From: Hypanus sabinus
Lineage: Eukaryota
DNA length: 64,000 nt
NCBI RefSeq assembly: GCF_030144855.1
Contig: NC_082714.1
Span: forward strand, 95,914,001 to 95,978,000
Direction: 5' to 3'
Position numbers and translations under genes: made by a program. A model generated the notes under the pieces. The model did not search any database, was not told the DNA's origin, and was given only the letters and a program-made list of their open reading frames with translations. Shown here piece by piece: positions 28,012-39,933 of the stretch. Position 1 is the first letter of the stretch; each line of letters begins with the position of its first letter.

Positions 28012-28175
28012 TGTAGACCTCCGTTAGTCTCGATAGACCATGGATTTGCGCCTTGGAAAGTTTCCAGGGCGCAAGTCTGGGCAAGGTTTATTTTTTATGG
28101 TAGACCGGCAATTGCCCAAGCTGCAAGTCTCCCCTCTCTACGCCACCGATGTTGTCCAAGGGAAGGGCATTAGAT
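28012..28175 (-). mobile_element. 164-bp retroposed element (probable RTE-type LINE 3' end) with 12-bp target-site duplication
   Basis: gtatataaatgt at 28000-28011 and 28176-28187. A related copy in the opposite orientation at ~30740-30905 ends in (TATG)n. Clade assignment is from memory. Confidence 0.65.
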
Positions 28176-29329
28176 GTATATAAATGTATAGATGTGTGTG
28201 TGTGAAAGAGCGGCTGGGGTAGGGGAGGTAGAGAGAGATGAAAGAGAGTTGAACTCAATAGGCGGCAATACGGCACATTCACCGGTAATGCGCTAATGGA
28301 ACGCTAACGGGCTGACACGGTACTTGAGACACAGCAATACAATAGGCCTGAACTGGTGCGATTTCTGAAGGTAACAACATGTGTGATAATTCAGGTTGAG
28401 TCACAAAAACAGTAAAATAGCTGTTAATTAGTGATTGTCCCGAATAAATAGAATATTTTATTTGAATTTAGCATAAGGTCTTGCTCCATTTGTATCAAAC
28501 AATAGAATATAGGAGTGGTTTTTGACCCTTTGCTCCAATCACACCTCTTCGCCTTCTAAACCTTTACCGTAATCATCGTTGATATCAATTTCAATTCTAC
28601 TCTTCTGCCTTCTCGGTATCCCTCAACCTCTTCATCCACAATAATCTGCCACCCAGGCCGTGCTCTTTTATCGCTGCTGCCACCGGGCAGGAGGTACAGG
28701 AGCCGTAGGTCTTACAGCACCAGGTTCAGATTGAGTTGTTACCCTGCAAACATCAGGTTACTGAACCAACGTAGATAACGTCGACGACCTCAAATCTGAA
28801 CTGATGGATCTCGAGGTAACATTAAAGGGAAATACTTCCAGTTTCTAAATAAATTTACTTTGACGTTAACTTTGATGAGAACTGGTGTGTATGACGAAAA
28901 ACAACCACCCTTCACCAGGTTCTCTGTATTATTTATTTTCTTATGTGTTTACAATCACTTTAATACTTCTTGCTGGTCACAGTTTATATGACATGCTTAA
29001 ATGAGGGAGCAGCGTATAAAGAACAGCTTTTAAGGAAATTTAGATACAAATGCATTTCGTAGCCCGGCCGCGTTAAGACATGCGGCTAAACATAAGATCA
29101 TCTACTTTTGCAGATACAATAGCATTGTGTATTGCTAATCAATAGTAAGGGCACGAATTTGAAAATCTCGAGACTGCATCTTTTGAGGCTCTACCCTGTT
29201 CAAGTTCAACTCGGCCTAGTTGTCTAAGTTGTATACACAAACCTGGGCAGTATGATATACAGAGCCAGCTGTTCCCCATACAGCAGGCTCCCTCACTCTA
29301 TGCAGCCTATGCACTTTGGCACGTGGCGT

Positions 29330-30200
29330 TGCAGGAGTTGCTAGTCAGCGTTGAACTCAACATAGGACTGTCTGAGGGACTCCAGCTTGAGAGATTTCCT
29401 CAGGGTTTACTCCCGAAGTCTTCCCCATGAGTGGGTATTCTCGCAAGGTAGTGGAAGTCTGAGATTAGAGGTTCCTTCTCGTAGATCAGCTGGCAACCAG
29501 AGCTAACGAGTCCTATGTGGCCAAAGCAAATGTGATAAAGGTGCCAGCAGGCCGCCTTTGTCTCTTAATAACCAATAGTGAAGCATTGGATTAATAGAAT
29601 ATTAGAATATCCTGTAAGTTGAAACGCTCACGGCGCGCTTAGCAGTTAACCATCCCGTGGTCCAGAATCTAAACTTGGTGGTCAGCGGGTATCTCGCACG
29701 AACACCATTAGGACCACATCATATGTAGTGGGAGCTCAACCCCACGACCCAACACCCACTCCTGCCACCAGATTATGTGAAACCCAAGGCTTGTGTGCTT
29801 TTATACGGATCTCTTAAAGTTAATACGTAGATACAATAAAGCAAGCAATAGAAGAAAAGCTTGCATTGGAGTGTTCTCATGTGCACTTCAGCGTTAAACA
29901 ATAGTGCCTGCTTCCTTCTCAGCCCATCAACCCTACTGGAGCAAAGGCTGCCGACAGCAGCACGCCAGAGTCACCACACGACTTCATACGTCTTATCGGC
30001 CAATGTCATTGTTCTTCTAGGAATGAGGGTTCTCGAGATTCTGTTGGCATTTCTTAGCTCTGGGTTTTTACGGGATGGGTTTGCTCGACCCTTGCCCAAA
30101 CCTCCTCCTTTTGCAGATGGGTTTGCGACTGTCCATGGCGGATGTCTTGTTGCAAAAATAAAGGGAGCTGGTATGATGAGAATTGGAATACCGTGCGAGG
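29330..30200. mobile_element. Interspersed repeat fragments, probably RTE-derived
   Basis: Sequence resembles common batoid interspersed repeats as I recall them (gggtttactcccgaag.., gggtttttacggg..ggtttgct..cccttgcccaaacc). No diagnostic ORF. Confidence 0.35.
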
Positions 30201-30872
30201 GTCGGATCTTCCCGGGCAGGATATGTGAAATCACTGACGAAGCGAATATGTCAATGATTAATACTGTTAATTACCGTATAAAAGAATAATGTAGACCGGG
30301 ACTGTGTGTGCTTTTTTTTTTCAACGGGAGGCCATCTAACTAAAACAACAGGGTAGAAACGATGGATACACAGCGGTAATAATTTTCCTGGTTGGGGTAT
30401 TTAGAATCGAGTGTCAATGTATCAAAACACAACTTGTGTCAATCCGGACCAAAATCAGGAAGAAGTCTTATTTTTCTGTGAACCTGATGATCAGTCGCTA
30501 AGTATATTCAAGAAGTGATTTGAGGGATCCTTAGATACAAGAGGAATTGATACATACAGATGTAGTGCAGAAACGTGGAACACAGGAAAATTGTTACCTG
30601 CAGTGTTATTTAATTGTAGGGGAGGCCTGATAGTCCAGTGACCGAAAGGCCAACTGATGTCGTTAATCATTTTGTACATACTCACACTACAGGTCCAAAG
30701 CGCCAACTGTTTTCAGGGTGCTTATCGTAGGGCCAATACATGAGTTGGCCCCATGATCACCACCAGGTTTGTCTGGGCAACTGCCCGTCACCCATACAAC
30801 CCTGCCCATGTTTGCGCCTTGAAAAATTTCCAAAGCGCAAATCTTTGGTCTCTCGAGACGAACGGATGCCTT

Positions 30873-30942
30873 TATGTATGTATGTATGTATGTATGTATG
30901 TATTTATTTATTTAGAAAATACACACACACACACACACACAC
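30873..30942. repeat. (TATG)n and (CA)n simple repeats
   Basis: Direct reading. Confidence 0.9.
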
Positions 30943-31208
30943 CCTAAATACCTACAGAAAATGAATCTTAAAATAGAATATCGACTCTGATGGTCCATTT
31001 TTTACCTTGGATAATTTCACTCATAATCAAAACTGTCTGATTACACAATCTATGGACAACATCAAGGACTCTCCAATTCATGGAGGCCTTGAAGCTTTAG
31101 TGCATAGGTTGTGGAATCGCTCCGTTTTGATTATGAGTGAAATTATTTATGTATCAGTCTCTCTGTCTGTCTGCCTGTCTGTATGTCCGTCTCTCTCTCT
31201 CTTTATTG

Positions 31209-31209
<1 letters not shown>

Positions 31210-31251
<42 letters not shown>

Positions 31252-31252
31252 T
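31210..31252. repeat. (TTA)n microsatellite
   Basis: Direct reading. Confidence 0.9.
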
Positions 31253-32251
31253 ACATCTAATTTTCCCAGCTTTCGTTAGTAAGACCTAAGGTACAGGTAT
31301 ATCCAAGCATGCACATTTGTGAATTACTAAGAACATCTAGTGCTGTTTATTATTGTGGCTTTCTGAAGATTTACAAAGATATTACTGAGTAGCTTTAATG
31401 GTTTAGTGCGATTGTGTTGGAATGACACCACTTGTAGAAAATACTATCGAGACAACGTAGTCCTTGTTCCTGTGCCAGTCTTTCAATTCCCTCTATTAAT
31501 GATAATAATAATAATTATTATTGTATTTGCTCAGTTTGCCTACTCAACGTTGATGACTTGTCACATTTCATGTGTAGGTTTTCATCGATTCTTTTATAAA
31601 TTTTGTTCTACTCGTTTTCAAAGATTCTACAATCATGTTATCATTATTATATATTTATTTGTAATGAAAATTATTGTCATATGTTTTTCTATTTTAGCAG
31701 TTTGTCTTCTTTTGCACATGTTTGTCAGTCTTCCTGTGGTTCTCATTGGTTCCGTTGCATGTCATTGTTCTACTGTGAATGCCTGCAAATTATGAAAATA
31801 AACTATGAATTTTAGCGATCAGCTTTATTTAAATCCTCACACAAAGGGAAAGTAACAATATGTTTATGTCGTGGATTTCCAAATGCAGGAACTGTGTCAG
31901 TGCATTAATGTCTGTTCTGAAGACGGTTAGAGTGATATTTCGTAGAGAGTAGGCCAGCTTGTTCGCTGAACACACGTTAGCTGCTTCATCTTGCTAACTG
32001 CAGCCGTCAATCGAACGTCTAATATCCAGCATAATCCCTTTCATAGATATTGATCAGAACGGATTGACTTGGATCTTTGACATAACACAGCTAAACAGAA
32101 ATATTTTGAAGGTAGAGATTAATCTTTTTACGATCATGGAATTCGCAAACAGTAGATTCCAGAGAACAGGTCGTCAATCTCCGCCCCCACCCTGCCTCTA
32201 CCCCCTCCCACTCATCAACATCTCCGGTTAATAAAGAGCCCGGGGTATCCA

Positions 32252-32259
32252 GTTTGCAG
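32252..32259 (+). promoter_or_regulatory. Degenerate octamer-like element of IgL cluster 1 (GTTTGCAG)
   Basis: Same position (85 bp upstream of the ATG); 6/8 match to ATTTGCAT. Confidence 0.4.
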
Positions 32260-32336
32260 GCACCAGAACCGAAGCCGCTCCCGGTGTTTGCACAACAGCG
32301 CACGGTTGGATGTTAGGTCGTTCGCTGACCGAAGGA

Positions 32337-32385
32337 ATGTCGCCAGTTCTGCATCTCCTGTGGGCTCTAATGGTCCATTTACCAG
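32337..32385 (+). CDS. IgL cluster 1 leader exon
   Basis: MSPVLHLLWALMVHLP+G; donor GTGAG at 32386. Confidence 0.88.
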
Positions 32386-32522
32386 GTGAGAGGCGGGTTT
32401 GTTAACGCACGAATTATCTGCAAAGAAATTCGTTGAAGCTTTGACAGCTGCGTGTCTTCAGCGATCGATAACACTTCTGAAGGCTGCAAGCCACCTGTTT
32501 GCTTTATGGTGTCTTATTTCAG

Positions 32523-32882
32523 GTTTCCTGGCGGTCCCAGTCCTGAATCAGACATCAATGTCTGATCCTTTCTCCGCGGGACAGACTGCCAGCTTAGAGT
32601 GCCGGATACAGAACGGAAACGTTGCAAGTTACGATTTTGGTTGGGACCGACATCGTCCCGGGAAGAGACCGGAGGGAGTAATATATCATGGCACAAGCAA
32701 TAACATTTACAGAGGACCCGGCATCACTGAACGTTTCCAACCGTCCAGAGACACCTCCGCCAACAGTCACATCCTGACCATCGGCAGCTTGGAGACCGGC
32801 GACTCGGCCGTCTATTACTGCAGAGTGTGGGGAAGTGGCGTGGGTTGGTTCTATGGACCGGGGACGATCCTGGAGATAAAGA
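32523..32882 (+). CDS. IgL cluster 1 pre-joined VJ exon (open frame)
   Basis: Acceptor ttatttcag ends at 32522. GFLAVPVLNQ..LEC..WDRH..YYCRVWGSGVGWFYGPGTILEIK. Donor A|GTAAGT at 32883. No RSS. Confidence 0.92.
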
Positions 32883-33874
32883 GTAAGTAATCCTCTCGTT
32901 CTATATCAAATTATGCTTCCGACGGAATCCCCATTTCAATTGTGTTGCTCGATGGCTCTACACTGGCGCAAGTATCGTCTGTCTCTTCAAGGCAGAACCC
33001 GCACACTCAGCTCGGCATGATAGTCCGTTCAGGTCCTCGGGCCAACACGATTGTTCAATTTTGTGAATTACTTCTACGTTTGGTTCATCCATTGAAATTT
33101 TCAGCACCAGGCAGCACAACTCGAAATTCCCCTCTTTTAACCCGTTAATCCCGTCCTCATTTTGCAAAAGCCTCCAACTTATCTCCCGCTCTCAACACTA
33201 AATTTAATGGAAGGTAATCGTCCAAACCAGTGTTAACTGGCATGGTACGTTAAAAACCAACGCTGTCGTAGTTTGTGACAGGGAAATGCGTCAGTATCGT
33301 CAAATACAATGAAGGATAGTAGTAGACATTGAAGATGTCACACAGAAAACACGCTCATCCCGCTGACCCTTTCTGTATCTTCCCCATTTCGTGCTGCCTT
33401 ATTGGACGGGGAGATATCGATATCGCCATTGCCACTCCAATCCCGGGGCGACCCCCTCTGTCAACAGCTAAAGCTGAAATAATAGATGGAATTTAGATTT
33501 TGGAATTTCTAGGTGTCTTCCCCCAACCCACTCACCCCACACTCTACACTGTCCCCCCCCCCCCACCACCAGGTTCCTCCTTCAGCAAAGAGAACGAAAG
33601 AGACGGCATCAAATGTTTGAAAATTATCAGACCTGACCTGAGGGTGGCAGCAATTTACCAGTACCAGGCCTGTGGAATGGGCAACAATTCCATGACAGCG
33701 TCTGTCAATGTGTCGAAAGGTCGCATTCTGTACCCAACTTTTCTCTGATTGTTTGTATAGTTGGTGCATTATAATCATGGTCTGACGGGAGTTCGGTCAG
33801 TGTGTGGCTCTATTTAGGAAATGTACAGGTCAATGATGATTTTTTCTCGTCTTCCCACCACCTTTCTCACACAG

Positions 33875-34203
33875 GTAGCGAGAGCAGAAAGCCCTCTGTC
33901 CTCCTGCTCCCTCCCTCCCCGGAGGAGACCGGCTCAGGTTCTGCCACTCTTTCCTGCCTCGTGAGCGGTTTTAAGCCTGGCTTGGTCGCGCTGCGCTGGA
34001 GCGTGGATGGCGTCGAGACAGAGAGCGGCGTGACGACAGGCGCCGTGTCCCTGGACACCGACCAGATCTACAAGCTGAGCAGTTACCTGCGGGTACCCGC
34101 CGCTGCCTGAAACAAGGGTTCGAGCTGTTCCTGCAGCGTGAGCCACAGCTCGCTGAGCTCGCCGCTGCGCAACACCATCTCTTCATCCGCCTGTGCGCAG
34201 TGA
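33875..34203 (+). pseudogene. IgL cluster 1 constant exon with premature stop
   Basis: 329 nt like the cluster 2 exon; 26 nt differences by hand count (~92% identity), including TGA at 34108 and Y>C in SSYSC. Confidence 0.9.
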
Positions 34204-34307
34204 GGCCCCACCGGGTGGCAGCTCACCAACGCAGTGAAACCCGCACTGGGGCTGTGCAGCCGCCTTCTGCAATGCAATTCTGTAGCAAATGTCCGTTTCT
34301 GGGAACT

Positions 34308-34325
34308 AATAAAATGTTTAATAAA
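34308..34325 (+). terminator. Candidate polyadenylation signals, IgL cluster 1
   Basis: AATAAA at 34308-34313 and 34320-34325. Confidence 0.55.
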
Positions 34326-35299
34326 TTTAGAAATGAATTTTTTGATCACCCATCGTTTGCGACGCGTAATCTTATTTAGAATGCTTCTTACTATGCTGTG
34401 TCTGAATTTCTGCTGTTTGTAGAATGAGGAGAGATTGATCAGGGGACGTTGACTGTATTGTGATTTGAGTTTTGCAACGTAATATAATTTGCACTTAATA
34501 AAGAGCAAATTCCGCGGCGAGTTTACAGTAGATCTCTCTTTATTCGACTGCTCTTTGTGCCTCGAATGTATTAGTGGCGAGTAACATGACATGCTTGAAT
34601 TATCGTATATAGACTTTCAGTCAAGCCAGTTTAAACCGTTTATCCGCCCCTTCTTATCAATGCCGATCTCTGTGTACTCGATCTTCCAGGACCAATAATC
34701 AACATTAATCACCACATACAGTGCAATGCAATAGGAATTTGCTGTGGTGCGTTGGCGTGACATGTAAGGAAACATTCTAGAATTATAAGGAATAATTTTA
34801 CAAAATTAAAATTAGAAATTAAATTCAGTACGTGAATAAAATATGCACAAATACATAAATAGCATCTATGTATAATGGTAGCAACATTAAAGGGTTTAAA
34901 GTATTTACAGTGCAGTGCAGTTACTGAAGTAATAGATAGAGATGTGGGGGTTATTACAAATATTTGATCAGATTAATAGCCTGGGGATGCAACACAAACA
35001 AAATGATGATGGAAATCCCCAGCTCCGGCCGGATCTATAGAAACTCTCCGATCGAAACTTCGACTGCTTATTCCTTCCAATAGATGCTCCTTGACCTAAT
35101 AAGTTCCTCCAGCATTTTGTATCAGCTACTCCGAATTTCCAGCATCCGCAGAATCATTTAATACCTGGGGGATGAAACTTTTAAGATGCTTAAGATGGCA
35201 TGATATATTTGTTTGCATAGCCTATAACACTTTTCACAACGGCTTTCTGTAAAAAGGCAGTTGGCAAGATGGAGAGTGTCTGCAATGATTTTCCTGCTC

Positions 35300-35553
35300 G
35301 CTTCTGTGTCCGGGATACATACTGTGTACTGTGCTTCTGTTTCCGGGATACATACTGTGTACTGTGCTTCTGTGTCCGGGATACATACTGTGTACTGTGC
35401 TTCTGTGTCCGGGATACATACTGTGTACTGTGCTTCTGTGTCCGGGATACATACTGTGTACTGTGCTTCTGTTTCCGGGATACATACTGTGTACTGTGCT
35501 TCTGTGTCCGGGATACATACTGTGTACTGTGCTTCTGTGTCCGGGATACATAC
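35300..35553. repeat. 33-bp minisatellite, 7.7 copies (GCTTCTGTGTCCGGGATACATACTGTGTACTGT)
   Basis: Seven full units plus a 23-bp partial; units 2 and 6 share one G>T variant. Confidence 0.97.
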
Positions 35554-36125
35554 AAGTCCTCCAGTGATGATCGACTGAAGCCAATGACACCTTCGGTTCA
35601 TCTGGCAGTTCGCTGTAGATTTTGTATTTTGTGAGGGGATGCTGCTCCAAACCAGAGTGTAATGGCTGATGTGAGGATACTCTCTAGTTTAGCAGTTTAA
35701 AATTGCAGCCTTATCATCTGTCACCTCCCGTCATCACCTTTTCCTCTGCTGATCAACTTTCCAACCCACCCCACATAATTGTTTATCCGGCTCATCCTTA
35801 ACCATCCACTTGCTCTGCGCCTCAACCCCTCCCTCACTGCATCGTGTTCAGATATTCTCCGCTCTCTGAGCAATCCCGGACCTCTCACCAGGAAGTAGTA
35901 CACTGCAAAGATGTTTCCCGTGTCCTGAGCGTTCCCATCATGTGAGTTACAGATTCGCTTAATCAATTCACCCGTAAGTCTCAAAGCTTCAAAAGACCAC
36001 TATTCTACCTCTTTTAAATACCGTACATCTCGTGGATGTAGGTGGGATGAGTGTTAATGCTATAGGCAATTTAACCTGACTGCATCCGATGGAAAGTGTC
36101 CCTATTGAGACGCACGGTCTAGTTC

Positions 36126-37570
36126 CGTGCACGGGAACAGGGAGGCAAGCAAAGGAGTTCGGGGCGTGGAGTTGTTGATTAAAGATAGTGTCATGGCTGC
36201 AGAAGAGTCATGGAGGGGTGGTCTACTGAGGCTCTGAGGGTGGAAGTTAGAAACAGGAAGGGGTCAATAATTCTGCTGGGGTTTTCTGCGGAACACCGGA
36301 CAGTAACAGGGACACTGAGGAACAGATTCTTGAAAATTGTAAGAATAACAGTGTTGTAGTGGTAGGAGATTTTAATTTCCCAAATATTGTTTAGCATCTC
36401 AGTTGATCGAGGGGTTTAGGTGGGGTGGCGTTTGTTAGGTTGTTCAGGAATCTTTCCTAACACAATGTATATATAGATAGCTCTACAAGGGGAGAGGCTG
36501 TACTTGATCAGGTATTGGGAAATGAACCTGGTCAGGTGTCAGGCCTCTAAGTGGGAGAGCATTTTGGAGATGTGATCATAATACTATCTTCTTTACCATA
36601 ACATTGGAGAGGGATGGGAACAGGCAAGTTAGGAAAGCGTTTAATTGGAGCGAGGGGAAATATGAAGCTATCAGACAGGAACGTGGGAACATAAACTGGA
36701 AAGAGATGTTCTCTGGGAAATGCACAGTAGAAATGTCGCAATTTTTCAGGGAATATTGGCGTAGTATTCTACACAGGTACGTTCGGATGAGACAGGGCAA
36801 GGGTAGAGGAACCGTTGTGTACACAGTCCGTTGACAATCTCGTCAAGAAGAGAAGAAAAGCTCACAAAAGTTTCAAAGAACTCGGTAATGATAGAGACCT
36901 AGAAGATTATAAGGCTAGCAGACAGGAGTTTAAGAATGAAATTAGGAGCCATGAGAAGACCTCATCAAACAGGATTACAGAAAATGCTAAGGCATTCTAC
37001 AAGTATGTGAACGGCAAGAGGATAAGACGTGAATAAATAACACCAATCAAGTGTGACAGTGGAAATGTATGCATGGAACCGGAGGAGATAGTAGAGATAC
37101 TTAATGAATACTTTGCTTAATTATTCAGTACGGAAAACGATCTTGGCGAATGTAGGGATGATTTACACGGGCTGAAAAGCTTGAGCATATACACGTTAGA
37201 AAAGAGGATGTGCTGGAACTTTTGGAAAGCCTCAAGTTGGATAAGAATCCGGGACCGGACGAGATGTACCCACGACCTCTGTGAGAAGCGGGATAAGAGA
37301 TTGCTGAGCCCCTGTCAATGATCTTTCCATCAACGATGGGGAAAGAAGAGGTTCGGAAAGATTGGAGGGTTGCAGATGTTGTTCACTTATTCAAGAAAGG
37401 GAGTAGAGATAGATCAGTGAGTCTTACTTCAGTGGCTGGTATGTTCATGGAACTTATACTGAGATAAGTTTGAGGAGGTTCATTTTGGTCGGTCAAATAT
37501 AATGGCAAAATAGATTGTGAATGGTAAGGCATTTGCAAGTGCGGTGGATCCGAGGGATCTGGGGTCAAAT
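36126..37570 (+). mobile_element. CR1-type LINE endonuclease-to-RT fragment
   Basis: Degenerate endonuclease (gtggtaggagattttaatttccc = VVGDFNFP) and linker; it terminates the duplicon 1 homology. Confidence 0.8.
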
Positions 37571-38499
37571 TATTCCTGCAGCGTTAGCCACAGCTCACTG
37601 AACTCGCCTCTGCGCAATAGCTGCAATACTGCGCCAGTTGGCAGCTCATGAAGATTGTTCGCTCCTGTATAATGTTATGAAACCTCATTTAGTCTGTGCA
37701 GGTTTCTTGTCCAATGTGATGGTATAGTAATATCTCTTTCTGGACCCAGGACAATGTTGAATAATTTCAGTAATGACTGTTTCGATTGTCCTTTGCTCGC
37801 AACATATAATTCCGTGTAGAATTTTCCCTACTATGCCGTTCCTGAATTTCTGTTGAGTGTAGTCTGGGGAGAAGCTCCCTGTTATTGGTGACCATGGTAC
37901 AATTGTATTCTGCGTAACACAGTTCATAATAACGAAGCTACACAGCGGCAGGTTTACAGTATTCTGTCTTTATTCAGCTACTCTACGTACATTGAATAAA
38001 TTTGCATCGAGTAACATGGCGCTGATGGGCCACTTACTGTCAAATCACCTCTTATTCTGTCGATCCCCGTAAATGTCGATCTTTCCGTTCTCCATCAGAT
38101 TTCTTTCTGTGAAAGGATCAAGCATCAACCTTCTCTCGTCATATATATTTAAATGCATTCGAAATATTCTGTAATGTGTTGGCGTGACACGCAACAGAAA
38201 CATAAGCCATTCAAAATTATAAAGAATAAAAAATTGTATATTATAAACTAAGAGGTTAAAGTAGGTGTATTGAATAAAATGTTCACAATTGCATAAAACC
38301 AGTAATGAAAACAACAATAGAAAAAAGTTTTTTAAGTGTGCACAGTGCAGTGCAGTGAATTGCATATTAGGCAAAGGGGGTATAAAATGGTTGATCAGAG
38401 TAACTATCTGATAGAATAACCCATAAAATTCAAGAGGAATTCAGCAGGTCAGGCAGCACCTATGAAAAAAAACTTCGAAAATAGAGCTTAGAACAGTAT

Positions 38500-39930
38500 G
38501 CAATAAAAAACATTCACCCCACAATCTTCTAATGAATCAGCTAAAACGTAAATCAAAAATACTCTAACACGATTCCCTCCTACCTATACAATGACCAAGT
38601 ACCACCATCTTTCTTATATGCATGTGCCTAGCTAACCGTCTCTTCACCACCTCTAAAGTATTTGCCTCTATCACTTTACCAGGCAGTGCCTACCAGGCAT
38701 CCACCACTCTCTTAGTGAATATTTTACCCCACACATCCCCTTTGAACCTACTCCATCTCAACTTCAATGCATGACCTCTGCTATTAGAAATTTATATCCT
38801 GGAGACAGATACTGTACTTCCTGTCTACTCCACCTATGTTTCTCAATAATTTATAAATGTCTATCACGTCTCCGCTCAGCCACCACCGCTCCTGAGAAAG
38901 CCACCGAAGTTTATCCAGCCTCTCATGATAGCACCTGCACTCTATACAAGGCATCATCCTGGTAAACCTCTTCTGCATCCTCTCCAAAGCTTCAAAATCC
39001 TCCATGTAAAGAGGCAACCAGAACTGTATGAAATACTCCAGATGTGGCCTAACCAGAGTTTTACAAAGTTAGAACAAAACCTCTTGACTTTTGAACTCAA
39101 TGCCTCGACTAACAAAAGCAAGTATACCACAATCCTTTTAAACCATCTTATCGACCTATGTAGTCAATCTAAGAAGCAACCAGCATGGATCAAAAGATCT
39201 CTCTGTTCAGCAACACAAGGATCTTGCTCTTAACAGTGTACTGTCTCATTGCATCTGCCCTAAAAAGGTGCAACTGCTCATATTTATCGGGGTTAATGTC
39301 CATCTACCAATTCCCTGCCCATGTCTGCAACCGATCTGTATTGCTCTGTGTTCTGTGCCAGTCTTCTGCACTATCCACAACTCCACCAATCGTGGTATCA
39401 TCTGCAAATGTACTAAACCAAACATCTACATTTTCATCCTGATAATTGGTTGCCGTCCAATTCAAGTGCAACCCGTCACTCTTGGCCATGTCACCCCTTC
39501 CACAGAAAAGGTCCCAAAAGGATTCAAGAACTTGAAACTCTATGTCCTGCAAAAATCACCGGATCCACTTACTCATCTGTGCTACCACCCTATTCCTAAC
39601 TGCGCGAACCCATGACACTGGGATTAATCCAGAGACTGCTACCTTGTAACTCTATGTCCAAGGATGTCCTTGTAACTCTATGTACTCACTGCGTAGGATT
39701 TCTTCATATTTCCTGCCTATGCCATTGGTGCTAATACCATGACGTCTGGCTGTTCACCCTCCCCACTGAGAATATCCTGCAGCCGCTCTGATACATCCTG
39801 GACCCTCGCACCCGGGAGGAAAACACACCATACTACTGTCCCTTTTGCGTAATAGAATCTCCTTTCTGTCCCCCTAAGTACTGAGTATCCTATAACTACA
39901 ACATTGACTGACTTTACCCTTCCCTGTTGA
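38500..39930 (-). mobile_element. CR1-type LINE fragments (3' RT piece and ORF1 esterase piece)
   Basis: Minus ORFs EDFEALERMQKRFTRM.., FADDTTIGGVVDS and VIGYSVLRGTERRF..LPGARVQDVSERLQDIL. Confidence 0.85.
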
Positions 39931-39933
39931 GCC

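Larger units (their letters stand above)
32337..34203 (+). pseudogene. Immunoglobulin light chain, germline-joined VJ-C cluster 1, probable pseudogene; join(32337..32385,32523..32882,33875..34203)
   Basis: Same exon layout and intact splice sites as cluster 2, but in-frame TGA at 34108-34110 where cluster 2 has TGG (Trp), upstream of the second C-domain Cys. Confidence 0.85.
23366..36126 (+). repeat. Segmental duplicon copy 1 (contains IgL cluster 1)
   Basis: Collinear, roughly 75-85% similarity by eye to 48438-60702 in non-TE flanks (e.g. 24030-24840 vs 49075-49870; 25420-26900 vs 51220-52510; 31140-36126 vs 56480-60702). Confidence 0.9.

Noticed and set aside
32399-32522. N-terminal extension of ORF 32399-32890
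   Set aside because: It lies in the leader-V intron, has a non-ATG start, and is not open in the paralogue.
32920-33135. NF-kB-like sites in the J-C intron (ggaatcccc, gaaattcccc)
   Set aside because: Imperfect matches that are not conserved intact in the cluster 2 intron.
34108-34110. Selenocysteine or programmed readthrough at the cluster 1 TGA
   Set aside because: The position is a conserved Trp (TGG in the paralogue), not Cys. I recognised no SECIS or leaky-stop context.
35300-35553. CRISPR-like array or repetitive protein ORFs (35158-35650)
   Set aside because: Head-to-tail identical units with no unique spacers, in a vertebrate genome. The ORFs are a by-product of a stop-free 33-bp unit.
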